The position numbers and the translations under genes are program-made. The notes under the pieces are model-generated. The model had not been told where the DNA came from, searched no databases, and saw only the letters and a list, made by a program, of their open reading frames with translations. DNA of 64,000 bases. Source: Epiperipatus broadwayi (Eukaryota; Animalia; Onychophora). The number at the start of each line of letters is the position of its first letter. The stretch's first letter is position 1. Below, piece after piece: positions 12,611-26,430 of this stretch. The stretch spans positions 15,376,001 through 15,440,000 of the forward strand of contig JAQFVV010000001.1 in the NCBI GenBank assembly GCA_028023455.1. Direction: 5' to 3'.

Positions 12611-12919
12611 TACTACGACCAAGTAATAATACACTGCCATCATTGGTTATAGTTAACTATTGTCTGTCTTTCTTTAGCATTTGAATTTTAAAGCGCGGTC
12701 ACAAAAGTTCACTAAACTCTTACATTATTAAGATACTAATAATATATATAATTTCATAATGCATTACTACGACCACGTAATAATACATAGCCATTATTGG
12801 TTAAAGTTAACTATTGTCTGTCTTTCTTTAGCATTTGAATTTTAAAGCGGGGGTCACACAAGTTCACTAAACTCTTACATTATTAAAATACTAATAATAT
12901 ATATAATTTCGTAATACAT
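12611..12919. repeat. Tandem duplication, 2 x 154 bp
   Basis: tactacgacc...ataatttc(a/g)taat(g/a)cat starts at 12611 and 12765; high identity. Confidence 0.9.
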
Positions 12920-13534
12920 AAGAAACATGATGGCGTAACTGTGGTGATAAGAAGACTTTTAGCAAATATCATTATAATAGAAAAAGATTTGATTATCATC
13001 AGTGTAATTTTAGATATATTCAAAACTTCAACTTCACCACACACACTTTAAATACATGAATAAAGCCATCAGAAAAAGATAAATAATTCCCAATATTCAT
13101 TTCCGACTGAACAATCCCGATCACAATCTTTAACATACTTCATCATTTCCATCCTAATAAATGATTAATAATAATTGTTAAGATATTTATCTAAAGAGGA
13201 TGCTGTCACACACGTGAGTGCAAGACATTTAGTACTTATAGATTAAATTATAGTAATTTGGTAATTTATTACTGCTTTCTACCTAGACAGATTTTAATAT
13301 CTTGTATTGAAATTCATTATAAAGTAATAATTCTGATAATTCAAGCATTAAAAAATCAACTCAATATTTTTACAATAATTAATTTATTATTCTGCTTTTA
13401 TAAATTATACATGAATTTATGTAATCCATAAAAAATATAAAACACATTTATTTTCAATAATAATTCAGTTGTAAGTTGAAAACAAGTTTATATATATATA
13501 TTGTACGCTACAGTATTACTTTTTCCTTTCGTTT

Positions 13535-13692
13535 GTATTTGTAATTTTATTTAGCAAAAATGTTTTTAACGTCCGCGACGTTTTAATATTTTCTTCGTAT
13601 GAAATAGTGTGCACTCAGCTATAGAAAGAAAACATTAAAACCTTTTCGGTCGCAGACGATAAAAACGTTTTGCTAAATAAAAGTGCAATATA
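13535..13692. repeat. CpG-retaining fold-back element (MITE-like)
   Basis: ttttatttagcaaaaatgtttttaacgtccgcgac pairs with gtcgcagacgataaaaacgttttgctaaataaaa; pairing continues inward to a short loop. Confidence 0.75.
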
Positions 13693-16414
13693 TTATTAAA
13701 TCATCTATATCTTAATAGTTTCCATTTTCACAGATTATCTTTTTTTTTAAATTTCCTAAGATGTTCATTGTAAATATAATTACATATATATAGGAGAAAA
13801 AGGTGAATGTTCTCAAAGTTGAACAGCCTTATCACTTTCTTAAAAAAATAATTTTATTTGATTGAAAAAATACGAACAAAAGATAGTGAATATTTGTTTA
13901 TATACATTTTTCTTTATTAAAATCTAAGTTAAATAATAATTTATTTTAAATCTGATCAAAGCTAAACCTGCCATTTCTGTTTCATATGTTTTCCTAAGTG
14001 TTTATTTAACTAGTAGATTATTTTTCAATAATTCATGGAGTACTATTGTCTCTAATTAATTCTTCATGTTATAAGACATTAAAAAATGTTATATTTTTTT
14101 ACTCACACAAAAAGACTAGCATGTTAATAACATGAAATGAATCATGCAGTCTGTTCTATACTTTATATAAAAATGATTGTTCATTACTTTTAATGTAAAA
14201 AATGCAGAAATATAAGTTTGGGATTTATTCATATATGATTTAAGGAAATAAAATACATTAATAAAAAAACAATAATACAATATATTAGTAACTTATGGTT
14301 ATAATACATTTCTAAATGCCTAACCGGATTTGACCCCATATGAAAATTTTTCAGATAGCTGAGCATTTCTCAGTAAGATGAGAACTATTTTTTTAAATAG
14401 TCACAATCCACAGAAAATTCAGATTGTTCAACAATATCTGTATCTAGTTATTATTAACTGTAAAACAAAAGAAATGTTAAAACCCTCATGATCCAGTGCT
14501 TAGTTGACTAATTAATATCTTCATCATTCCTCTGTCAAGAGTTGCTAGAGAAGTTCTTTTATTTTTCATGTATTGTTTTATTATTACATATATATATATA
14601 CATGTTAAATATTTTTTCAGATTTTTTGAATAGCAGGTGGAAAACTATTGATACAGTGAAGACAAGTATATAGATACATCTGATTATATTAAATTCAACA
14701 TTACTTGAGTTTAATCACTACTGCTTTGAAGAAAATAAATAAAATGTTACTGAAACATTGGAATATCAGGTATAATTACAATAGCAATAAGAACCATCAC
14801 CTACTAATTTTGCATGTGTGAATGGTCTCTTGCCTATTTTTACACATGAAAAAAGTTGATTTTCTCATTTGACAACTTATTTTACTTGTGTAAAAATCAT
14901 GTCAATATATATACATGAGGGAAAATAAATATGAGAAAGTTTTAGTTTCTATTAAATTTATTGTTTTCATCAAAAAAGATTTTTAATTGCTCCTGAAATC
15001 AAGTGAGCAATCTCTAATCATATAATGCTGCTTAGTAGGCTAAAAAATAAAATAAAAATCACTTTAAGCAAAATCAAAGATATAGGACAGTAAAATCTCA
15101 AAGTTGATTTAAAAAATTTTCACTTTTGCAGTTTTTGCACACAGACAAGATTAGTCATGATACAAAAAAAAAAAATCATAATAAGATCTTCATTATCAAG
15201 TAGTTTCCAAGTTAAGTGGAGATAAATATTTTTCATGATGTATAATTGATGATTAGCTATTGCTGCAGTTTTACTAATGAATTGACTTTTTGATTTCTAG
15301 TTGAATATATTTATATATTCTCTGGGTTGTTATAAATAATATTTTTTTGCAGTTAATTTCTTTTTGCTTTTTTAACTAAACAGCAGTAAAAAAATAATAT
15401 CATAAACATTATGTTATTTATGTTCAAAAACAATAATATTCTCAATGTATAATGACTGATCAATTAGCCAAAAGAAGCATACATATCAATATTAACATAA
15501 AAAACATTCTAAAAATCCAGTTTCAAAGATTCATTATATTAGAATGACAATACCAGGCTGAAAATAAAAGAATATTTTGACAAGCAAGTTTCAATTTTGA
15601 AATTTTCTAAAAAGAAAACTCAAATCATAATCCACCCCCCCCCCCCAACAAAAACACTAAAGTAGTATTTTTTAAATAGAACTCACTAAAATAATATGGA
15701 CATAGAATTGAAGTTAATTGGCAATTGCAAATTCATAAAGAATAATGAAAATTAATGGATTTTTCTTAATATTTCACTGGTCACATTTACTAATAATATT
15801 GTTTTGTGATATTATTAGGTGCCTTTAAGTCAACTCTGACTCATGTATTATCTATTTTTAAAATTTTCAGCATGAGGTATGATTACCAATTCTCATGCAA
15901 TTTAAATGTTTTATTGCTGTCTTGACTATAATCTAAGGGTATTAATATATCACTGCTACCCATTAGAAATATTAGTCTTATGGCATTAAAAAATAAAAAT
16001 AAAGCAAATATAAAAAAGCAAGAAAAATAAAAATATTGAGAATTTATAGAATATAAAAAATATTTGAATGATGAATTATATATAATAATAAAGTAGATAG
16101 AAATGTTATTGAAAAAAAATAATAGGACAGAAGTTATAATAATTTGACCAGGAAACTAAAAACTTATAAACCACAATCAAAAGAAAAAAACTATATAAAA
16201 TATATTCAGATATTATTAACGAATAGGGTGAAGCTAATTTATATTCACTTAGGCTTTCAGAGAGATGATAGAAAAACATTATATCCTTAAAGTTATAGAC
16301 TCCATTATTTTCAAAATAATTTTTATAGATACTGATTTCATAATAAATTACAGATGTAAATAAATACACAAAATGTATTTAATTCTAAAATTCAATTTAA
16401 GTATTTATAATATA

Positions 16415-16621
16415 CCACCAAATATCACATGATCACCACTTATGCTTGCTCATAACTGTTATTAAAATAGGCAAAACTCTCCGTACAGTAATGCCACTCA
16501 GTGCAAGCCAGAAACTAGTCTGGGAATGACACTAGATAGGCATTTTATGTACAAGTCTTCTGACATCCATTGATTACTCTGGCTTGCACTGAGTGGCACT
16601 ACTGTATGAAGAGTTTTGCCT
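16415..16621 (+). mobile_element. Fold-back insertion, internally deleted relative of the 38347-38658 element
   Basis: Direct repeat gtatttataatata at 16401-16414 and 16622-16635. Arms ggcaaaactc...gcaagccaga / tctggcttgc...gagttttgcc. Keeps the hammerhead 3' half GAAACTAGTC (16511-16520). Confidence 0.85.
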
Positions 16622-19600
16622 GTATTTATAATATAATAATTAAGTAAGATATTTCTAAATGCTATTATATCATTTGAATTGAATCACATTTGGAATTTTT
16701 ATAATGAAAGATAAAATATACATAGCAGAATGTAGTGTAAAGAAAATTTTAAGATAAAGTCTATAATGCAGTGAAACAAGAAAGTAGACTTACCCTTTAT
16801 GATACAGGCATAAAGAAAAATTGTTTTAACATGATTTATCATGAAGATATTTAAACAACTTATCAAATTAATTTAACAAATGCCCAATTTAATTAGAAAT
16901 ATGTTTTAACCATTTTAATACAGATCTATATAATATTAGGAAGCATTTCAATATATTCACTATTAAAAAAAGAACTGAATCAATGCATTAATTAAGATTC
17001 TAATTTTTTCATTTTTGTAGCTTACTGCTAGATATATCTAATTCTTTTAATTAAAAGGCAAATGAAGATATTTTGATACTTTTAACTAAAATCATATTCC
17101 AGTGAAAGCTAATTAAAAACTTTACTAATAAATAGCAATTGAGAATAAAACATATTTAAAAGCCATTTGCTCAAAACATCTTTTAAGAAATGTTACATTA
17201 ATTTCACTTTATCTTATTATCAGGTATATAATCAAATTAAAGAATGAGTATTAATAAAGCAAAAAAAAAATAAAATAAATGTATTAATGACACATATATT
17301 TATAATTTCATGATCATGTTAATTAAAAGAGTAATGAAAATTGATTATTACTATGAAAAAATTAGACCAAGAGTTGTATTTCTCAATCACAGAGAAAACT
17401 AAATGAAATAAAATCTAAGTCTAATAATGAGTAGGTGGGAGAATTTTAGAAAGGTATTAATACAGCATTTTGTTATTTTTAATTAAACATTAATACAGGT
17501 AGATAATTCACTTCTTTTAAAAAAAAAAATTATGGAAAATAGCTAGCTGCCTTCATAATGATTAAGTCATCCCAGATTAAAATATAAATAGAACAAAAAA
17601 AAACGAACTTTAAATAAAATAAAATCTTTCATATTTATTTTATGGCTACAAAAAAAAAAATTCCACTACTTTTACAATCCGAAATAATCAACTTATTGCC
17701 ATAGTAACAACTTTCAAAACATTCGCTTATATAACTATATCCCACATCCCTCTCTTAAAGTTGGCTTGTTATTAAAAAAAAAAAAGGATAGTATTCCAAT
17801 TTATTTTCATTTATTTATTTTTGGATTTAAGAAAAGCATTAAATAAATTTGTTTATTTTTTGTACTAAATCAATATTTCTTAATAAAATGATTAATTAAA
17901 ATTTGCTATTAAAATATAAAAGTAATACGATTCAGAAAACAAAACGAAAGAGAAAATTATCAAAAAATATGGCGAAAAGTCGGATTTTAATGCAAATTGT
18001 TTAAAGATTATTTACAGTTTCAAATATTTTCTTGCAAATTTAATTATCATATAGATAGTTGCTTGAGAGGTCATGTGATCCTCAGCATCAACATGTTAAA
18101 AATAGCAGTTCCATTCAAATGACCCATCCTTCACAGTTGCAATTAATAAAGACATCCTAGCTCTTGAGCCTGCATTTCTAATTACTGGGCTAAACTGCTT
18201 AAATTTTTAAACAATCTGATACTAAAGTCATTTAATATTATAATTTAAATTGTTTTCTTTTGTGACTTTTAAACTTTAGAAAAAGATCGAATATTGGCAG
18301 TAATTCTAAACAGATTTTTTTCTCTTTGTAAATACTGCCAGAAGTTTTATTCTTTTAGTAGAGAAAAAAAAAATCTCAACTAGATTCAAATCTGACTATT
18401 TGTGATTAAGAATTTATAACACACATACATTTTCCTCATTTGGGGTTAATCAGTTTTTGATAAATTTACTTTTATTTAATTCAATTTGATTTGTACAATA
18501 TAAATCGCTACTTCTGTCTTGCCCTCATTTATATATTTTTTTTTCTATTTCACTCCTTTTGCTATTTTAATAATTATTTTTTACTTGACGAATTTTGATT
18601 TTACTTCTGTTTCATCCCTCTCTGCTGCAGTGATTACAATCTCAAGATTTCTTTTCTCTGATGTATTCAAGTTGCTCCTAGCTTTCCTGAGTATAAATTC
18701 AAATGGATATTTTTATAAATATACACATCACAAAAAATGTACAGAAGAATAAAAACTATAAGCATCTTAACAATGTAGGAAATTTATTTAAATAATTTAG
18801 ATTTGGGTAAGTAATATTTATTATAATAAATCATTTTAAAAAATACAGTAGTACTAAAAATAGAGTTTCACATTTATCTTATCAATTATTCTTTTAACAT
18901 CATAGTGAATTAAGTATCTCTAAAAGCTGTAATAAATTAAGTTTGTAGTAAATATAAAAATTGATTTAATAGATGTGTAATAATTAAATATATCAAAAAA
19001 CATTAATTTTGTTTCCTGATATTAAAAGGAAAATTTATTATTATACCTAAATATATATTTTCAATAATTATTTAGTCCATTTTAAATTGCTAACTATTAA
19101 TTGACTGTTCACAAATTGGCTTTTTAAGGACATATTTACTAAAAAAAAAAAAAAAAAAAAATTCATTTTGATTTAAAGAAATTAAATAAGTCTTTTAAAA
19201 CCCCCAAAATTATCTGAAAAATACAATTTTCAATCTGATTTAAATTCTTTGCCTAAAAAAAGTTGAACAACGAGGCAATAGTATGTTATAATCAAGGAGT
19301 GTCCTTATTTGCCATTCTTTTAAGACAATTTATTCTAGAACATCAACATTAATGCATGGTTTGGTGTAGCTGTACTTTCATTCTTCTATTGTGATTCAAC
19401 TGTTACTTTCAGAATTCAAACTTCTTACAAACTTCTAAAAGCAATAAACTATTTGATTATTTATTTAATCAAAATTCGTATTTATGTATAATACAGGTTA
19501 GGATTAGTGGGAAAAAATGGAAATTTATTACTGATAATAATTAATGTTTATCAAAAAATTACTTTGATAACTATTTTATTTCACCTTTACTTTGTAATTA

Positions 19601-22069
19601 ATAACACGCTGATGCATTGCGGTGAAACTTTTCTATATAATTTCTGTAGGTTTTCTATATCATAATTTCTGCAGGCTTACCGCTTTCAGAGTTTTGTTAC
19701 TACATAATCATAGCCTCTTTAGATTATTAATGTCATTATATGCAAATTATCTACTATATTATCCATGTTCTGGAAATGGCAAAACAAATGTCTTTTCTAT
19801 TTATTGAGTTGATATCACTGATGATAAAACAAGCTTCTTTGATTTTTCTCTTGATGTCATTCCTTTCTGTGCATAATATATCAGCCTTAGAGGGTTCAAA
19901 TCTGTGGTTGAGCTGTTGCTGATGGTCAGCAAAAACAGAACTGCCTTCTTTTTTGGTTATTGCTCGTGTAAGAGTAATAATGTCTAGACAAACCCAACTT
20001 AAAACAAAAATACTTTTACCTTGAGTGAGGATCGATTTACACACACATATATGAAGTATAATACCCCATTAAAAATATCCTCTATACTGTGAAGAATGCA
20101 ATCAAAGTTATTTTGTATTATACAAAAAAACTAGGATACAATCTAAATTCTTGAAGTCTATTATCATAAATCTTACAAATATATAGTGATGATGACATTT
20201 ACATATATACAGTATAGTGATAATGTATAATTTTAGTGTGACATATTATGGTAAATAAAATCCTAAAAAAAAAAAGCATTTAAAGAGTTCTGAGTTTTCT
20301 AATGAAATTATGCAAAATCTTTTATAGTTTTTCAAACATATAATTAATTGGTTTGTGTTACTTTAAATAATGGATAAGAAGTTGTAATTATTTTTTATTT
20401 ATTAAATTTCAAAACATATATATAAACTTTATAAATTATATTCATTAAAAATATGACATGCCTTATTAATTAATACATATTTGATACTTACATAATGCAT
20501 TTGAAGATCTAGTCTGATGTAAAATTATTTATTTTAGGACATAAAATGATGCATTGTCATTATATATTTACAATCACTATGATCATTGTGTATTTTCAAA
20601 ATTTATGTCAAAATATTTTAGGATTTTTTAACAAAATCTATATTGTTTTAAAATCTTTCACAATTTTTCAAATATCTATTTTCATATGTGTGATATAAAA
20701 TGTCAACTTTGATTGTATTTTCCATTATATATGATATATACATACATAATGTCATTCTAAAAGAATAAATGAAAAAGACATTTTTAAAAAAAATTAAAAA
20801 GAGAAGCTAAAACTGGATCATTAATGAAGAAAATTAATAAATTTTAAAAATCAGATAATTATAAAAATCTTTATAAAAACATAAGAGATTGTGAAGAAAG
20901 AAAGAAGCTTCCAGATATTTATTATTATTCAACAATAATAGGTTTTTAAAATGTTTTTTGCTTTCACAAATAAAACGAAACTGAAATTGCAACACACTCT
21001 AGAACAATGTAAGGGCAACATGACTTTGCTAATGACTTAAATTTGAATCCAGGCTAGGTGAACCCCAGATTTTTTTTCAATCACAAATAAACTTTGTTTC
21101 TTTTCAGATAGTCAGTCCAAAAGCCAACCCAGCTACATATCAAAGGATATTTAGCAATTATTAACTCAAGGTAAAGACTTCCATTAATCTGGTTTGCTCA
21201 GATGAAATGTTAATACAATTGTATAAAATAAAAATATGGCTGCAATGTGATGCAATCTTAACCAATGGTGGGATAAAAAACATTATTATATCAAGATAAA
21301 GTGCTTAAGAACCAGAATGAAAGAAAGAATATAAAAATGAAAGTTAAGACTTAATAATAATTCAAAAGCAATAATAGTTGCAAATAAACTTCCCATGGAA
21401 TTTAAAATGAACATTTAGACTCACACTTCTAGAGAAATCTCTATGAAATTAATTCAATTAAAAACAATTTTATAAGACATGAAAAGAATATAACAAATAT
21501 CCCATTTTGACTGCTTCTAAAATTGTGATACATTTTTAAAAATAAGAGTATTAGAAATGGGAAGTATTTTGGATTCACAAATTAATATTATATAACACAT
21601 ATTAACAGTATAAAATATCCTTTCAGATAAAGGTGGGCACTTTTGCAAGCCAAGGGTGACAAGATTCTAGGTAATCTTCTATGAGACAAAAACAGGATTT
21701 TGACTTAATTATATTCATTGTCAAAAATGTAGACTTGCACAGGTAGGTAAAGCTACAAACAATGTTAAATTAAATGAACTTTTTTAAAATTTGGATATTT
21801 CACTTTGTCCATCAAATTCCAAAAGTGATTTTTATATTCTTAACTGTATGCTTGTGAAATTATGTTGTTTTGCAGAAAAAGAATTTCATTTCCTTCATAG
21901 ATAAAAAAAAAAAAAATGAATTTTTTATATTTTTAGTCATTTGTACCAAATCAACATTGATAAAAGGATAACTCATGAAGCAAACTATTAATTCTAATCT
22001 AGTAAATTCTTGGAAATGTCTCATAATTCAGAGTGAAGAATTATTATTTCTTGAATTCTTTAACAATTC

Positions 22070-23517
22070 ATATATAAAATTATGATACTAATGAGAATGT
22101 AGCAATTGATTATTATCTATCAATAGAGTATTTCGAAACAGCTATTTAATATGTGAAGTAGAATTCTTAAAATATTTAAAATGGAGATTTTAAGTATCTC
22201 CATTGAAAGTTCGTTGATAATTAGTATTCATTGTTTCAAAAGATTGGCATATTATAACATAATAAATTCAGATAAAATAGTAAAAACAATAAATCTAGGC
22301 ATGACCACAATTTTAAGAGATTTAAGTCGTAACTGATTGCAGTTATTTACAGATTAGAAGAATAAATTATTTTACTTTATAAAGATGAATTCAGGCAAGT
22401 TTACATAGTTTTACTTTATAAATGATTTAATTTAACAGAGTTTTAAAAAATAAGATTGAACATTCATTATATTAAATAAGCTAGCTTAATATTAAAATTA
22501 CAAATTTAAAGATTAAATTATAGAGCTCTGCATTCTTTGAAAAAAATATTACTGATCTCCTTGGTGTAGCTTGTAATGCAGACACATCAGATGGTGGGCA
22601 TAGTGGCACTCTCCTCAGGATAGGTGGTTTTGATTAAAGTGTCTTCTTGCGATAGGCTGGTGGAAGGCTTCTCCTCTCTGTGCTGATGATCATGCCATTA
22701 GGCATGTAGGGGTGAACAGAGATTGACATCCCCTGCCAGAGAAATGGCAAATCTATGTTTTGCATAGCCAGACATGTCAGAGTGAAAACTGGCATGGATT
22801 CTGGTAAGCAACACTTCTCAAAATTATAGAATGAATATCTATAACAAGAAATATGGCCTATTTATACAATTCAAGGATTATAACATCTTGTTGCCAACAA
22901 GACTATTCACTTATTGAGAATCAATTAGCATACTCAGAAATTTTATAACTTTAATACATTTAAACCTTCCTGTTACTTTTTTAATAGGATATTTTTAATT
23001 AAACTTTACCATTTTAAATTTGTAATGATTTCAATAGTTTCAGTTCAGTAATTTTGTTTATTAAAATTATACACATTTGAAATAAATGTTATTGCTTAAA
23101 AACAACTAAAATTATCTCATCAAACTATGTTAAAACAGATGTTCCCAGCAGGGCTTTTGTTTATGACTTATTTAAGGTTAAAATTATGAATCATTATAGC
23201 TTTTAACAATATCATTCTACATATAACACAGTCATGTGTAGACCATGTCTATACACACAATTTAAATGTAAAACAACTCTTTTTAACAAAACAAAATATA
23301 TAACACAAAATATATTATTTTAAAATAAATATACATGCTGTAATATATATAAACTGATGATATCATAGTCATTTGTCTGCATATATATGTGTGATATCTA
23401 TATAACCATGTTGATGCTTATATACATGTACTCAGAGAGGGTTTAAATCCAGCACAGATAGAAATGTGGGGAAAAAATAGGTGAAACAGTTATGAGGGAC
23501 AGAATATCCTGTTTCAA
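22070..23517. repeat. Left arm of a large diverged inverted duplication
   Basis: Continuous reverse-complement similarity (roughly 80% by eye) to 26859-27933 and 28862-29180. Confidence 0.9.
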
Positions 23518-24958
23518 TATATCCAATGATTTCAGTTGTTTTGTTTCTTCATTGCAATCTTAAATTCAATGTAAGATGGTGGTTATGTTGATAATAAAAG
23601 CTAAATCCATCAAGCAAATCCTTCACTAAGCTCAACATACACTTCATCTCTTCAAAAAATCTTTTATCACTTGTAATTAGTACCTGAATTTTTGTAAAAA
23701 CATAATGACATTTGCATTCATCATCTAGTTAAGTCCAAAACATTCTTTTCTGAAGACTTTTATCTTAAATGGAGTTCACTATTTTCATACAAATACCCAT
23801 AATATGATGAATATTTATAATTTTAAACAGAAAGCCTGCTGATGAATAACAAGATATGAGAGGAAATATATCTGGTGCACGCAACAAATATCCATTGATT
23901 GTTCCAGTCATTAAATAGTCATATCCTTAGCCATCAACACAACTTTATAAGTTGGATTTTATTCCTCATCTATATATTTTAAAATGCTTTTATTTAAGTC
24001 AAAATCTCTTGTTTTTTGTTTCAATTAAACAAATTAGAATATTTGTTTGTTCTTTCAAGTTTTATTTGGATAAAATTTTAAAGTCAAGGTTAAATACATT
24101 TATTATATTTTAGGTTCCCTAATTTCTTAAATCATTCCATAGACATAATGACAGATGAAATTTCAAATATTCTGATGTCAAATATGTTCACATTATTTCT
24201 ATAAATTTTCAGGAAAGTGTTTGGGAGGGCAATATATATATATTTAAAAAAAAATCGACATATTTCCCTATATTGGTTTGTTTCAAAGTTTAAATCCTAA
24301 AATTGAGGTATAATATATTTATATTCAGTATAATTTGTTCAAATGTTGTGCAAATCACTGGCAATGCAATATGACCCTAAAATATTTGGTTGTTTTCTCA
24401 TCTCTGGTGTTTGCCTCGAGTTGTCGCTATTTCTAGGTCAATTCCTAGAAATATACTGTTTTTCCGGCATTCACCCAATAAAAGAGGAAATTTTCTACTC
24501 TATAAATGCAGAAAAAGAGTCCTTACATTATGTTGGGTGGCGACAGAAGCCGGCACAAAGAGACTTCTTTCTATGATAAAACACAGAAAGAGTTCCCGAT
24601 GATGGCTGCCAGTTATGGCTTTTTTTCTATGCTAAAAGCAAAGAGAAATGCCTTTATTGGCTGCCATAGTTGATTTTGTTATTCATTTTCTCGTAATCGT
24701 CGAGTATCTATTATCTCTGTAGTTTCTTGTGAGAGTGTGTGTATTTGAGCCAATTGTAGTTTTTTAAAATTTGATTAGACATTTTTTTTAATGTGATGTA
24801 ACTTACTTTAATGTTGTAAGTTTATTAATAATGACATGAAGCTTCCATGATGAATGTGTAACCCTCAAAAAGTTATTTGAAAGGGTACATGCCAGCATTT
24901 TTTTGACAATCACACGACAAATAATGTTCTCACGAGAATTCGTTCAATAACAAGTAAG

Positions 24959-25100
24959 ATGGCTGCCGCCTCTAATTCAGGAGTATTTGAAGCTGTGGCA
25001 TATTTGCAAAAATAAAAATATCTTGTTGAAACAGAAAAAGTGTCTTTGTGGTGAGGAAATGCAAATTCATGCTAATAAAGATCTGTTATGTCTGCCAGTT
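24959..25100 (+). pseudogene. Merlin/ISXO2-like transposase N-terminal remnant (frameshifted)
   Basis: MAAASNSGVFEAVAYLQK then, after a shift, NKNILLKQKKCLCGEEMQIH. This resembles the A..FLQ..GIL...C.CG..M start of eukaryotic Merlin transposases (recognised from memory, not by search). Confidence 0.45.
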
Positions 25101-25169
25101 CTATATAGTACTCGCTGGAGAACAATCTATGCAGTAAGCCAACCTTGCCCTGCCTATATATGCATACAA

Positions 25170-25702
25170 GAATCATAACCCCTGAGACTAACGCCGGTAG
25201 ATTAAGAAAAGCAGATTTAATTACAATACACTAATATATACATATTTACACAAATACATTAAAACAATCATTATACATTTAGATCAACAAAACCCGAAGG
25301 TATACCAAAATAAGAAAAATAAAGATCTATGTGGCCTACTTGGACATTCGGAGGCCAGCAGTCCACTACCGTGCTAAATAAACAATGTTCAGCACCTTTC
25401 ACAGTTCATCTGCATCAGGTAGAACTCCCAGTTTGCCGATGCTTTACACTTGCACTCATTTCGCCAGTTCTGATTTTTCTGGATTTGATTGGTCAAATCT
25501 TGTCCGCCCGTCCATCCTGGTCGGATCAATCCCTCCCAGTTTACTTGCAGAAGCAGATTTAACTTACCTTTTATTTTGATTGATTACACCTTTTGCAGCT
25601 CGATTACTTTTTAATTTAATTATTCATCTTGTTGATCTGCAAAGTTCCTTCATTAATTAACCTTCCTATCTAAAAGGATGTTTTTTTTTTTTGCTGTTTT
25701 AC
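25170..25702. other. GC-richer, CpG-retaining segment inside the Merlin element, possibly a solo LTR
   Basis: Minus strand has GGGCGG and CCAAT motifs and an aattaaa followed by ggggttatga. No clean TG...CA ends or TSD found. Confidence 0.25.
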
Positions 25703-26104
25703 AAAATAACACAGCTATTCAAGTCTAAGATGATTTTAAATTAACAAAGTATTTTTTTTATCTTCACGTATATATATATATATAACTTGCGTATGTATAT
25801 GCGACAATTGATACATGTACATACGACTCAATAGTAAATCCCCATTTACAACATTTACTATTATTTTTGTGTGTATTTTAATTATACACCTAAATACCAA
25901 TACTTCCCCCAAGTTTGAAAATTATTTGTTAGTCTTCGAACTTAACATAGAATCATTTAATTAAATATTTGGGAGGGTTTATTTTCCTTTGGAGTTGTTG
26001 CCGTGAATTATTTTCCATTTGTAGTGATGTATGTGTATCATTAAAACACACACAAAATCACAATAGTAAATGTTATCTAAACTATATTACTTTTTATAGA
26101 TTTA

Positions 26105-26430
26105 TAATTATGTATTGTTTTTTAATAAAATTATTGATTTACTCTTGGAAAAAATACCGTAACTTTAAAAAGACACACCGAAAGTCAAAAAAAAAATTAG
26201 AAAAACACCGTAACTTTAAAGACACACACACAAACTAAAAAACAATATAAGATTAATAAACATTTACTTATTACGTATTGCTTTTTAATAAAATGATTTA
26301 TTTACTCTTGAAAAAAATACCGTAACTTTAAAAAGACACACATAAAGTCAAAAAAAATATTAGAAAAACACGGTAACTTTAAAGACACACACACAAACTA
26401 AAAAACAACATAACATTAATAAACATTTAC
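26105..26430. repeat. Tandem duplication, 2 x 163 bp, each with two ac(c/g)gtaactttaaa...gacacac subrepeats
   Basis: Copies end at 26267 and 26430 (aataaacatttac). Confidence 0.9.

Noticed and set aside
16469-16622. Tigger/pogo MITE call for the 16.5 and 38.4 kb elements (caggcaaaactc ends)
   Set aside because: Homology extends about 50 bp beyond one apparent TIR, and the true flanks are 13-14 bp direct repeats rather than TA.
18519-18752. Host exon (plus ORF, or minus-strand KARSNLNTSEKRNLEIVITAAERDETEVKSKFVK)
   Set aside because: No recognisable protein and no linked in-frame exons.
19681-20044. Host exon on the minus strand (96 aa ORF; good donor at 19681)
   Set aside because: The ORF stops before the donor, all three frames close near the donor, and no family was recognised.
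22680-22720. Hammerhead at CTGATGA-t-CATGCC-atta-GGCATG
   Set aside because: No GAAA follows stem II, no stem I is found, and the partner arm lacks the hairpin.
22704-22803. 2A-like peptide (SLAGDVNLCSP) on the minus strand
   Set aside because: Lacks the NPGP core, the frame closes soon after, and it is not conserved in the partner arm.
23834-23880. Hammerhead at CTGATGA...GAA-ATATAT-C
   Set aside because: No stem II next to GAAA and a poor stem I; likely chance.
26105-26430. CRISPR-like array (repeated accgtaactttaaa)
   Set aside because: Intervening sequences are duplicated rather than unique spacers; eukaryotic context and no cas genes.
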